A stretch of 64,000 bases of DNA, taken from Vicugna vicugna. Lineage: Eukaryota. The notes beneath the pieces were generated by a model. That model saw nothing but the letters and a program-made list of their open reading frames with translations. It had not been told where the DNA came from and ran no database searches. Every line of letters begins with the position of its first letter. The stretch's first letter is position 1. A program made the position numbers and the translations under genes. Of the stretch, positions 36,770-48,340 are shown piece after piece. The stretch is from the NCBI GenBank assembly GCA_013265495.1, contig MU058781.1:1096963-1160962 (forward strand), read 5' to 3'.

Positions 36770-36990
36770 AATGGCATTGGGAGGATCTGACCTCAAGCTG
36801 CCTGATTTCACATCTTACCGGCTGAGCAACCCCAGGCAAGTTACTTAGCCTCAAAGCACCTCAGTTTCCTCAACAGAAAACGAAGACAGTGATTCTGTCT
36901 GCTTCACTGCACCCTGTGAGGGCTACGTTTAAAAATACAGAATAAAATATTTAGCAATGCTTGGCATCCCACACACACCAGCTCTTACGC
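36770..36990 (+). mobile_element. MIR
   Basis: GGCAAGTTACTTAGCCTC...CCTCAGTTTCCTCA core. Confidence 0.8.
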
Positions 36991-37329
36991 CTGTTAACGC
37001 TGTCATTTGGCAAGCATTACCTCACTGACTTCTCAAGCCGAATTCTAACTCTATTATGGTTGCAACTACAACAGAATGTGTCCATGGCTATGAAAAAGAG
37101 CGGAGGAAAAGTCACATATCTGAAAGTAGTCAAGGTTAAAGGTGAGACAATGGTATCTTGCTCTTTTTCAAAACAAAAAAATCCTTTATATTATTAGATT
37201 GTTGACAAAAGGTAGACAAAAGTATATGTGCCATTCTTGTTTACTGTAAGAATTTTATTCCCTGCTAGACTAATTATGGAGGGGAGATAAATGGCTTTAG
37301 AGATAACAGTTTAAGAGAATGAGTACCAT

Positions 37330-37484
37330 TGACACAACATTGTAAACTGACTATACTCAATAAAGTATATATATATTTTAAATAAAATATATTTTATATG
37401 TTATATATTATATATAAAATATATTTTATATATTATATATTATATATATAATATATTATATATTTATTTTATTAAAAAAATATA
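37330..37484 (+). mobile_element. Ultra-short L1 3'-terminal insertion whose tail has become a TA-rich microsatellite
   Basis: (AT)TGACACAACATTGTAAACTGACTATACTCAATAAA then ~120 bp of TA-rich sequence. TSD AAGAGAATGAGTACCAT (37313-37329) / AAGAGAACAAATACCAT (37485-37501). Confidence 0.85.
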
Positions 37485-39011
37485 AAGAGAACAAATACCA
37501 TGGGAAGCACCCTAAGTAACCTTCCAGACAATTAAAAAATATATATATCAAATGCATTCTACCAATTAGAGATTTGATGTTAACAAATTCACCTTTTAAG
37601 GCTCAAATATCCGTTAGTAGATATGCCCTATTAGTCATTCACATGTTAGTATGAATTATTCAAACCTCCCAGATCAACCTCTTGCTGAAATCAGAGGTTA
37701 GCAGTTGATAACATCTTTGATTAAGGAATAAAAGAGGAATTTGTAAGAGATCCCTGGGACTTGATGGGTAGTAGGCTTGTTTAAAAAAAAAGTGAGGAAT
37801 TTTAGACAGCCATAAGTCTCCACAAGCACTGTGCTGTTTGACTATGTTATCACATATATATGTACCTCTTGCCAATAGAAAAGTATGAAGAAATGCTTCT
37901 GCTTTCATGCAACCCTCTTCAAGGTTATCCTCCAATTATTAACACTTTTTGATATCATACATTCTTCATGTTTTACCCTAAAAATACTTCCCTCAACAGT
38001 GCGGAGGCTCTGAACAACAGTCAAGGGGGGGCTTAGAACAACAGTCACTGGCATGGTGCCTGACCCCAGGGTCAGCCATGCACAGGTGTTCCAGAAGTTC
38101 TGCAGATGGATCACAGTAGAATCTCACATAACTAGTCTCAATTTCTCTCCCACCACCTAATGTTGAACACCCAGTGTTAATGTTCTGCGTTATCACAAAA
38201 CTCAGTTGAAGCGAATTTATTCCTTTTTTCCAACTGGGCATTTTGTTTCACTTTCAAGTTTCCTGAATTATCAATGGCTGATGTTTTAAAACTAGTTTCC
38301 ACATTTAAATAAAAGTAAAAAAAAAACAAAAAAATTTAAGAACTATTGAGATTTCGGGTTATGGGAAATCTCCATATGTAATGGTCCCCAAGTAATGAGT
38401 TTGAGAAATATGGGTAGACTCTTGTTAAGCATGACACAACAATGGAAACTGACTGGAGAGGGGGCACCTACAAACTTGGCCCGAAAGGGGTTGCCTGTGT
38501 TTAATCTCGAGACTCAGCACTGAAGGTCTCTTCTCTTGACCACCGTGTTTTTCACTTAGGCATTTCTTGCCAGTACATTAGCTTCTCAAAGTTTCCATCA
38601 TTTTTTTCCTCTCTGATATATGTAGAAACGTAGCTGTCTATGGTAATAAACATCACCTCTGTCATCTATGGCTACCAATAATCGTAGAAATTCCTGTTTT
38701 CATCTCATGCAGCTGTGATGAGCTTTCATATTTAGCTGCAAGCACTCTTCTCTTTTAAGCTAGATTCAAACGCTGTGAGACAATAATAACCATTAACTAT
38801 TACTTTAACAATATCTGAGACAGAGCGATTAGCCCTCTAGCTTGTTAGTAATCAAAAATTGCCAGCATCCAGGACAGCACTTTTCTTCATTCAATATCCC
38901 ACAATTTTGCTCAGCTTCACCAAACATAAAGAATGTCACCAGAGTTCCATCTTTTCAGCCCTAAAACCACAAAGTTTTTGGATTCACACCGCTATCTCTT
39001 AATCTGACGGC

Positions 39012-39034
39012 TGTGTGTGTGTGTGTGTGTGTGT
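39012..39034. repeat. (TG)n microsatellite
   Basis: Direct reading. Confidence 0.95.
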
Positions 39035-41222
39035 CAAATCCTAATTTTAAAAGGATTCTCGGCCCTTCTAGATTCATCTCTTCTTTATTTCTTTCCTTTG
39101 TAGCTAATTGGCTTCAAGTCCTTCAAGGACCTGCTGACATACCGCCTCCCACCTTCTCTGGGTGTCTCCTTTCTGGGTCCGCATGCAGTGCTGAGTGTAG
39201 GTAGGTACCTCTGAGCCGATGGAGCTGTTTGCTGGCTTTCTCATCAGGGCATCCCACGGAGTTAAGGGCACTGGATCCCATTTCATTTGTGCTCATATCT
39301 CTTGCGTAGTCACTGCTTCACAATAAATGTTCATCAGTTTTTACAGAGTTTGCTGAATGACCGAATGAAAGAAAAAAAAAAAGCCACCACCCCTTCTCTT
39401 GGAGAACTTTGGCATACAAACTAGTTCTCAACCATCCTGAAAAACTACCGTGGAAGTAGCTTTGAGCCTAATCATGTTACAGTAACTTAGGAACAGGGAG
39501 AACGGAAGTGATTTACGTTAAGATCATATTTCGGTAGAAAGAGTCTCACCTGAGTGACGAAGAACACCCATCACACTGTTTCCTTACGTGATAGCCCACA
39601 ATCCTTTTGTGTTTCTTTTTAAATTTAAACATCTATCACGTCCTCGCGCCCCTCAAGTCTTCTCTAAGATGCACTTCACGCCTGGCATATTCTGCAGCCC
39701 CACTTAGTCTAGTTCTCTTGTTTCCATCATTCAAACAACTTCTGAAATCCTATTTCCTCCATCAAGCTTCCGACTAATTGGAAAAGAGGCAGCAATTTCC
39801 CCTAGAAGGGCAGTTCCCACCGCCGTCTCTCCACGGGACTCCGTGCCGAGGACGGATTCCTCTGGGCACTGACGCATTGCTCTGAAGACTTGCTTTATGC
39901 CGAGATTTTGTCTGAAAAGGTAAGTTCAGAGAATAGAACTTTGAACGGTACCTTACATTTTTCCCTGAACAAATAGAGTCTTAATAACTGCTTTCAAGGA
40001 AAATGAGATGCTAAGAATTTTCAAATCGCAAATTTCTTCCTTAGCTCAACTTCACCTAGAGTCAATAATTCGAAAACAGAGAGTTTATAAAATGCAAATA
40101 CTTTTGATGCTTGTCTCTAACAGTGTGGTCGATGAGGCAGAATTGATGGCTGATAGTCTTCTCAGGAGCACTGTCTAGTGCCATTAATTTGTTTAAAAAA
40201 AAAATGGGGAGACCCAGGACAATAGAAGTTCGTCTTAGACCAAAGCATGAAGTTTCATTCTCTCCCAGAATATGCACTTCTCACTCTTATTTTACAAACG
40301 AGGAGACCGTGACACCTCATCTAGATCAAAAAATTTTCATTTGCTCCATCCCATACCCGTCCAGTTTCCAGCCTTTCAACTTGGGCACATCACCTCACCT
40401 CAAAGTACATTAGGGTTAAACTCGGAAGGAAGAATTTGTACAGGTTACATAATGGCTCCGTTTCCTTCTTTGATTTCTGAAGTTGGAATCACCCAGCATC
40501 AATTGAGTTACGAAGACTCTCAAGTTGTAGGGCTTTTTGTCTGTTCAAAATACAATTGGATCCAGAAAAACACTGACAGACTTGATTTCCATGTCTTTTC
40601 AACACCTTTCCTGAGGACACACCTTTTTTTTTTTTTCTAACAAGATGCCATTATTCTGTGCATCTACAAATGCAAACCACTGAGATGCATTGAAACGCTA
40701 TGTGAATGCTTCTTTGATCCTTTGCAAAGTGCTACGGTAACCAGAAAGCACAAGGAAAATGAATGGAGGGATGCCCTGAGGAACAGTGTTTTATAAATCA
40801 GAATTTCCATGCAGTGTACAGATGACTTCACTGGGTACCATGTCAGAATATGAATGCATAGCAACAAAGGACCAGAACTCATAATTTTTCTATTTCAAAT
40901 GTGCTACACATATCACTGATCTAAACATAACATGTTGCTGTCTCCTACTTACTTGGACCCATGGAAGCAGATGCTCCATTTAAGCTACTCCCTGACCGTG
41001 TGTTAGAAGCCATTTTTGTAACCGTATTTCAGGCCATCGGATGAGTGCAGCGAAGTAACTAGTACACCAAAAAACGAGTTCTACAACCTACCTTTGGGGC
41101 AAACAGAGAGAGTAGCCAGCGTTTGATAGCCTTTGATTCTAAAAATAAAATGCCTGTCCTTCATTAAATGCTTGGTTGGGTTTAGTCCAGTTTTCAGTTT
41201 GTTTTGTGCCAGCCACAGTAAG

Positions 41223-41340
41223 TTTTTTTTTTGATATATCAGCTTTATTGAGATATAATTCACAGACCATATAAACCACCCATTTAAAGTGCACAACTAG
41301 GTGGATTTTAGAATAACCACAGAGTTGTCCACAGTCACAG
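41223..41340 (-). mobile_element. L1MB/MD-type 3' end fragment
   Basis: CAGCTTTATTGAGATATAATTCACAGACCATAT...CCCATTTAAAGTGCACAA. Confidence 0.8.
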
Positions 41341-41509
41341 TCATTCTTTATCTGGCTGTTTCAGAAGTCTATGATGTTGATATCCGTATAAATTGAAATC
41401 TTAGTGAGCTCATTTAAACTATGTTAAGGTTTAACTATACATGCCAAAATTTTTCTCCTTTTTCACATTTTTTGATGAAAAACACGTTATGAAATAAATG
41501 AGAATTAGC

Positions 41510-41750
41510 ATAATCTGTTATATTCATAATTGCTAACAGTGATAGAGTAGACGATTTGGCTTCTACAATGTCAAGTGCTTTACGTGCGTTATGTCATTTC
41601 GTCATCGGAACTGCCCTTTGAGATAAATATCATTAGCTCCATTTTATGGTTAAGATAACCAAGATTAACTTGCTGGTCCAAAGTGAGCGAGAAGGTGGTG
41701 GAAACAGAACTACGCACATTTATATAATACTACTTGCCAAGCTCATACTT
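41510..41750 (-). mobile_element. MIR
   Basis: AAGTGCTTTACGTGCGTTATGTCATTT...CCATTTTATGGTTAAGATAAC. Confidence 0.6.
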
Positions 41751-41874
41751 CTTTGTCTCACTTTTTTTTTTCTGCCTCTACTGTTGCAAATTAAGAAGCT
41801 CTATGAAGGTCAGTGATGGACTTGCTTATCCAGCGCACCAGACGAACAATTAACAGATCAGAGAGAAAGAAGCC

Positions 41875-42060
41875 CAGCATAGTGCAGGCCTTGGTTTGGC
41901 TTCAAAAACTAAGGTTTTACTGCTTCTTAGCTTTGTGACTTTCAGACAATTACCAATCTTCCCTGTGCTTCAGTTTCCTCACCTGTAAAATGGGATACTG
42001 GTATTAATATTAGATTAAATGAGTTAGGGATCAATATATAGTCGATGCTCAGTACCTCAT
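41875..42060 (+). mobile_element. MIR
   Basis: CTGTGCTTCAGTTTCCTCACCTGTAAAATGGGATA core. Confidence 0.85.
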
Positions 42061-42291
42061 TTATCTTTTACCCAGTAGACAGGAGTTAACTTTGTTTACA
42101 GAGAAAAGGATAAGATATCTGGAGAAAATCAGACAGTCTGATTTTCCCAAAGAATGTGGTACCTTTTGAGAACTGACAAGGCTCCAGCTACCATGTTTCT
42201 ATTTAAAATCTGATACAAGCTATAGAAACATTAAAATCACTCTAGCAATGTCCTCAGAACATTGTAATGAGTAACCTTTGAATTCCAAAGC

Positions 42292-42457
42292 AGAGGTTCT
42301 CATTCTTTTGGGGGTTAAGACTCCTTTAAGTTTCAGATGAAAGCCACTATGAGTCTTCTCCAGAAAAATGATATGCACACTGGGAAACATCTGCATATAA
42401 CTTCAGGCTCCCGGAGATCCCTGCAGCTCATGAACCACCTCCCCACAAAGAATCTCC
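42292..42457. mobile_element. MER103C-like hAT element
   Basis: CAGAGGTTCTCATTCTTTTGGGG...GATGAAAGC...CTCCAGAAAAATG...TGCATATAACTTCAGG. Confidence 0.65.
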
Positions 42458-43202
42458 GCCTCAGAGAGATATGATCGATTCAGAAGCCCCATGTTCTATT
42501 GTGCCCTTGTGAACCTGTGAAAGCATCTTGAAAGAGTGTTTCTACATCTCCAAACTGAATAAATATTCTTACTCCCACCTTAAAATAAGAGGATTGGAAG
42601 ATCTCTAAAATTTCTTTCAACTCTAATTCTGTCATTCTAACTTCTGAACTACATAGCAAGTTCTGTTAACCAACCAATTTCAGTAATTTATTATTCTTCT
42701 CCTTGCTTTTCTTAATTAATATTGACCTCACTTTTAGCCGGTGCTGCCAATTTGAAGAAAATGGAAAATTACCTTAATCTTTATAGGCATCTTCTAGATT
42801 TTGAATTTATAATTTACTGCCCAATTTCATCCAAGTTTGTACAAATGAAATTTACATATTTATGTACTCTTATCAATTATTTGATTATTAATTCACACAT
42901 CATGAGCTGAGCTGCCTACAAACAGAGTATATGGATAGTAATTGAATTCTTCCTCAATGTCCTCATCACTTTGAGGGTCCTGGTCATCTTTAATTCAAAA
43001 TAAATTTACTTGGTAGACTAAAGAGGGGGGAAGAAAGAGAAACTATGCACTGTTTATCAGCCCTTGACTTCACTATACTGATAAACCACAGAGGGCCCTT
43101 GTGGCTTGCTAAGTTTTCAGTGTGGTTATTCTGATAGTAACCCAATCCACATTTTCTAATCCTGTGTCTCTCCAAATTCCTGTCATGTGATCAACTCACA
43201 AT

Positions 43203-43920
43203 CTTTTATTTTTTTTCTTTTATTTTGGAATAAATTTAGATTTACAGAAAAGTCACCAAGATAGAACAGGTAGTCCCCATAGATCCTTCACCAGCCGCCC
43301 CTAATGCTACTATCATACTTGCACACTATCACGAATGCATCACTGTCATAAACGCATACTACGGTACATTTGTCAGAACTAAGAAATCAGCATTGGTACA
43401 GTCCTATTAACCAAACACCCTTTTCTCGGATTTCAATCATCTGCTCTAGGATCCAGTTCCAAACACCACATAGCATTTAGCCATCATGTGTCCTTCGTCT
43501 TCTTGTGTCTGGGACAGGTTCTCCATCTTTCCTTGTCTTTCATGACATGGCCCTTGGAAGAGTGTGAATCAGTTGGCTTAGAGAATGGTCCTCAATTGTG
43601 TTTGAAGTTTATTCATGATTAGACCGGGGTTATGTTTTGGGGGAAAGACTATCACAAAGTCAAAGTGTCGGATTCATTGCATAATCTCATGGGGCTGTGT
43701 CATATCTGCATGACCTGTCACTGGTGATGTTGACTTTGACTACTTGCTTAAGATTGTATTTGCCAGTGTTCCCCACTTTAGAGTTATAATAGTCCCCTTT
43801 CCTTAGCCTATTCATTGGAAACAGGTCATTAAGTACAGTCCATATTCAAAGGAAGAAGAATTAAGCAATAAGTCCCAGAGGAGGGCTGTGCCTACGTACA
43901 GAATTTGGAATTCTTTTATA
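43203..43920 (-). mobile_element. L1MC4-like 3' fragment
   Basis: TTTTATTTTGGAATAAATTTAGATTTACAGAAAAGT...AAGAAATCAGCATTGGTACA...TAGCATTTAGCCATCATGT...ACTGGTGATGTTGACTTTGA. Confidence 0.8.
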
Positions 43921-43929
43921 GACAACCAC

Positions 43930-44075
43930 TTTTCAAACCACACACAACTGTCAGTTGTAGAGATGGAGACTGGGCTTAGACTGACCAAATCACACAGCTA
44001 GGATAGAGTAGAGCTGGTTTGTGAAACCAGCTCTTCTAATTCCAAATCCATTCTTTTTTTCCATGACACCATGGC
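43930..44075 (-). mobile_element. MIR
   Basis: GTAGAGATGGAGACTGGGCTTAGA...CAAATCACACAGCTAG...TTCTAATTCCAAATCC. Confidence 0.6.
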
Positions 44076-45479
44076 ATCTCTATTTAGATAAAATTGTTTG
44101 TCCTCTGTTTTAGGAGGAGTCCAGCGATACGCACTTCCATGTTTGACTTGTTTTTGTCTGGCAACTGAAATACTGATGTCGTTTGAATGTAGCTACAAGG
44201 GTCAATGTGGCTTCCAAAATCTACTTAATGGATCATGTGATCTGGGAGACTGGTTTACTCAGCGTCCACTATATCTTCATTCTAGGAACCAGTCAGCCTC
44301 CTGTCTCTTCAAACAGATCTGTTTTTTACTGTAAGGCTGTCCAATCAAAATAGAGACTTCATCTTTCGATAGCATTAATAAAAGTAGAACTAACAACTCT
44401 AGAGCTTGCCTCAGATGAAAGAAAGATTTGTTGTCTTCACACTCAGGTTGTTACCTACCAAAATAAATCTCCATCAAAATGGACTTCCAGATCTTCTCTG
44501 AGTGATTTGAATTGTCTGAGCAACCCAGGCAAATTTACAGACTGAGGTTGTTACCCGCCCAACGTCAGCGGCTGTCTACACTTCATTTTGGTTGCAGACA
44601 CCAGGCTTGGGAGAGCTGTCAGCTGGTAATGATTTTCGGTCACAGCAAAGGGAGGCCAAATTGTAACAGGTGACACCAAGGGGAAAGATTCTGTATCAGA
44701 TTACTAATTCCCAAGAGCTCCCCCAGGTCCCTGGACTTCCCACGTGTGAAATTCAGGAATTTACAGACATTTTAAAATTAGCATTTCTTCTGGCACAGTG
44801 ACTTGTCTTATCAGTCAGTCAAGTACTGTTGAATAAGCTCTCCCCTGCTCATGGTGATTCACTAAGCCTGTGGGAGAGTTAACCCAGAATGGCAGGGTCT
44901 CCGCCCACTGGGCCCTGACATCCTAGTACAAAGACGACAACCCGCGCGCAGCGGGAGACCCTCCGTCCAGGCACGGATGGGAGGGGTTGTTTCGTGTTGG
45001 CTGTGCCGGGGGTTCTTGGCTTTTGTCGTCTGCTTTAGAGTTTGTGTGTGTGTGGTGTGTGTGTGAAAAAAGAAGGAAAGACATGATTGCAAGTAGTGAC
45101 AATGTAAAGAACCAGGGCAGGAGAGCAGAGTTTGCTGGTTATTATTTGAAAGTTTCGGTGTTAAGTTTAGTGACCTCTCCCCCCAGGTGTCGTTGTGCCT
45201 AACACAACAAACAGAGAGGTTTTGCCAAGTGGAAGCGTCCCATACGGAAACTAACACAGGCAGACCACGTGTCCGTGTCTTTCCGCTCCCCGCCTCTGCA
45301 TTGCTGCCCTCCTGCACCCCGACCCCTCGTCCTGCAAATTTCTCTAATATGCCCGAACACAGAGTCACGTTCCCTAAAGAGAGGTGACAGTCTGGCTTTG
45401 GTGTTTCTGCTGGTAAAGCCTGGACCTACCTCTTGGTCCCTTTTCTCTCTCTCTTCAGTCTAATGGAAACAGCCAGTTG

Positions 45480-45635
45480 TGGAGCCAGAGACTCATCTCT
45501 GCAGGATATTATCTCTCAGCCTCAATTTTCTGATCTGTAAAATGGGATAATATTTCTAAATTTTGTGAGAATTTAAAAAATATATGTCTAAAAGCATTTT
45601 ATAAACTGTGAAACACTATTCACATGTAAGGCAAC
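45480..45635 (+). mobile_element. MIR
   Basis: GCCTCAATTTTCTGATCTGTAAAATGGGATAATA core. Confidence 0.7.
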
Positions 45636-45917
45636 ATTTAGGGATTTTAGATTTGAGCATGTATGTTACATAGTTTCAAATCAAGGGGCAGCCACCGTTT
45701 TCAGAGTTATCGCATATTTAGGCCATGCCCAATTCATATCATATCATGAATATATTCATATTCAATTCATATCATGAATTCAACTACTGATTTATTTCCA
45801 GAATAATTTAAAATTGATTATACTAAAATAAAAATCAATTACATATTATTAAATTTGTAATAAATAAAATAAAGTAAAAGGCCCAGGAAGAGTCAGACTG
45901 CTGAATTAGAAAGCACA

Positions 45918-46262
45918 TTTTTTTCTCATTTTTAAAATTGTGGTTACATATACACAGTATGAAAGTTACCAGTTTGCGCATGTTTAAGCACACAGTCCTG
46001 TGGTGTTAAGTACATTCACCCTCTGCGTGACCATCCTCTCCATCCATCTCCAGAACTTTTTCATCTTCCCCAGCATCACTCTGCTCGTTAAAAAATATCT
46101 CCCCGTCCTTCCTCGCCCAGCCCCTGCAACCAGCATTCTGCTGTCTGTCTTTATGAATCTGACTGTTCTAGGTACCTCATGTAAGTGGAATCACACAGTA
46201 TTTGAATTTTGTGGCTGGATTATTTCACTTACCATATATCCTCACGTTTCATCCATGGTGTA
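45918..46262 (-). mobile_element. L1MB-type 3' end fragment
   Basis: TTAAGTACATTCAC...CATCCATCTCCAGAACTTTTTCATCTTCCC...CTAGGTACCTCATGTAAGTGGAATCA. Confidence 0.85.
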
Positions 46263-47271
46263 CCACGGAACACATGGGTTTTTAAGTAAGAGAATCCAAA
46301 GCTTGAATTCTGTCTCTACCACTTATTACCTACATGAAGAAACTATAGGTGATTTAACCAAACATAAAATTGCCAAGGCAATAATTTGGTCAAAACAATA
46401 CGCTGAACTAGTAAAAATACACAAATAGATATACACACACACAGTGATACCAGGGACATTGACTTTATGTAAACACAGTGTTTGACTCTGGACATCAAAC
46501 GTAAGGAGCCTCTTTTTGGCCACATTTGAAGAATCACATACACACCATGTGAGATGGTCTCCTTGCCTTTTATATGAAACCCTCAACTCCGGCTCTGCAG
46601 CTCCAGGAATCCTCAGCTCTCCTCTGGAACTGCTATATTTACACCTCCTCTCATCAACACAGGAACAAATAGAATCAAACATTTGAAAACAGCAAAAATC
46701 TTCCAACAGTGACCACTCTTGATAGTCACTGCAGGCAGAGTTTAGAATTTTTCTTTGTGTTATTTTATTTGTTTACCTAACAAATATGTATATATCTGTT
46801 TTATTATATGTATGTATATATATGTAAATATAACCATGCCAAAATTAAAAGGCCAGAAATGAATTTTATTCTAATTCTAATTTTACACACATAGTTAAAC
46901 TTTCATCCAGTTCTTTTTTTAAATTGTAAAATAGTTCACGAGTTCTTTGCAGTTATAGACAATCCAAAAAGGTATAGAGAATCAGAGACAAGAGATAAAT
47001 TACACTTGTTAAAAATTATTTGGGGATAGAGCATAATAATTCATGAAAGAAACACCTCAAGGACAAAAATCCCTTCCAAACCCTTCACCGTGTGTCTACA
47101 GGATTCAATATATTTAGGAAACTATCATGAAACACTTAACAAGAAATTAAAGATAGAAAAAAGACATCCAGGGAAGCCTATATCCAAATGCATGTGTAAA
47201 ATTATGCTCCTTAAAAACAAATGCACTAAGAGGACTTGCCATAGAAACTTGCAACTTTTTTATTTTATTTA

Positions 47272-47272
47272 T

Positions 47273-47323
<51 letters not shown>
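47272..47323. repeat. (TATC)n microsatellite
   Basis: Direct reading. Confidence 0.95.
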
Positions 47324-47664
47324 AGTGTCAGATTGTCTTTTTCCTGAAAGTCAGGAAAGAGCCAAAAGGCTGCTCAGACCAACACACAGGCATCCTTTGC
47401 TGTTTTCTACCCAGCACAGTTTGGCTTCAACTTCTAGCCTTTATGAGATTACCCCACTGGTGATAAACAGCCTTTCCTTATTAAGTTTAGTCCATGGTGA
47501 TCCTAAAATTTTGAAAGTAGAAGAAAAATGTCCTTCTGCCTTTCCTCTGCTGGGAGAAAACACTTTAAGGTAATTGTGCAAAAGAAAGCATTTTAATTTT
47601 TTTTTTAACTTCAGTGAGTCATATTTTACCAAAGCTGAAGCCTCCACTTTGTAGGTCCGACTTC

Positions 47665-47808
47665 CCTGCGGAGCTTCTTAGAAATATTAATGTCCAGGTT
47701 CTAGCCCCAAGGATTCTAATTGTCTGGATGGTGCCCAGACATCAGTACTTTTAAAAGCTTCCCCAGTGCAGTGATTCTGAACACATCCAGGTTCGGGGGC
47801 CACTGCTC
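47665..47808. mobile_element. MER5A1/MER5-like
   Basis: GGATTCTAATTGTCTGGATGGTGCCCAGACATCAGTACTTTTAAAAGCTTCCC...GTGATTCTGA...CCAGGTT...CCACTGCTCTA. Confidence 0.7.
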
Positions 47809-48029
47809 TAAAACTACCCAACTTCCCACCCAACTGCAACAATAGTGCTTTCTGCAGGAAGGTTGTCCCCAAGAATATTACACAAATTTCCTCTTTACTG
47901 ATCTTCATACCAAACCTTCCAGATGCCCCTGGAACCTCCCTGGTCACCCACACAGCTCTGCACCCACCAGGCCAGTGGCTGACTCATCGAGTCACGTCTG
48001 CTCCTGCTGACGTCACTTGTGATATACCT

Positions 48030-48340
48030 ATAACTGGGCGATTGGATTTAAATATTTACTAAACTAACTACATGTGCAAAAAGAGATAGAGTATTTTCCA
48101 TGAAAACTGGGATGAATTTTTTTTTTAAAATAAAGGCAAGTCACCAGGAAAAAATTGTGGTCAAATTAAATGTGGATGAAAAAATTGTAAAGATGATGGA
48201 GAAATTAACAAAAGTTAGGGGAAAAATTCTAGGCAATTAAATGAAGCTTTAAAGGTGTGATTTATTCCAAAAAAAAAAAAAAAAAAGGAAAGAGAGAGAG
48301 AGAGACAAGGAATTCCAATCATGTCCAACCAAATTAGCAT
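48030..48340 (+). mobile_element. Tigger/pogo-family remnant (N-terminal psq-HTH region)
   Basis: Hand translation gives AKRDRVFSMKT...KGKS..KKIVVKLNVDEKIVK, resembling Tigger transposase N-termini; frameshifted. Confidence 0.55.

Noticed and set aside
38714..38823. C/D-box snoRNA (GTGATGA...CTGA)
   Set aside because: No convincing terminal stem outside the boxes, and no rRNA/snRNA guide complement that I could recognise.
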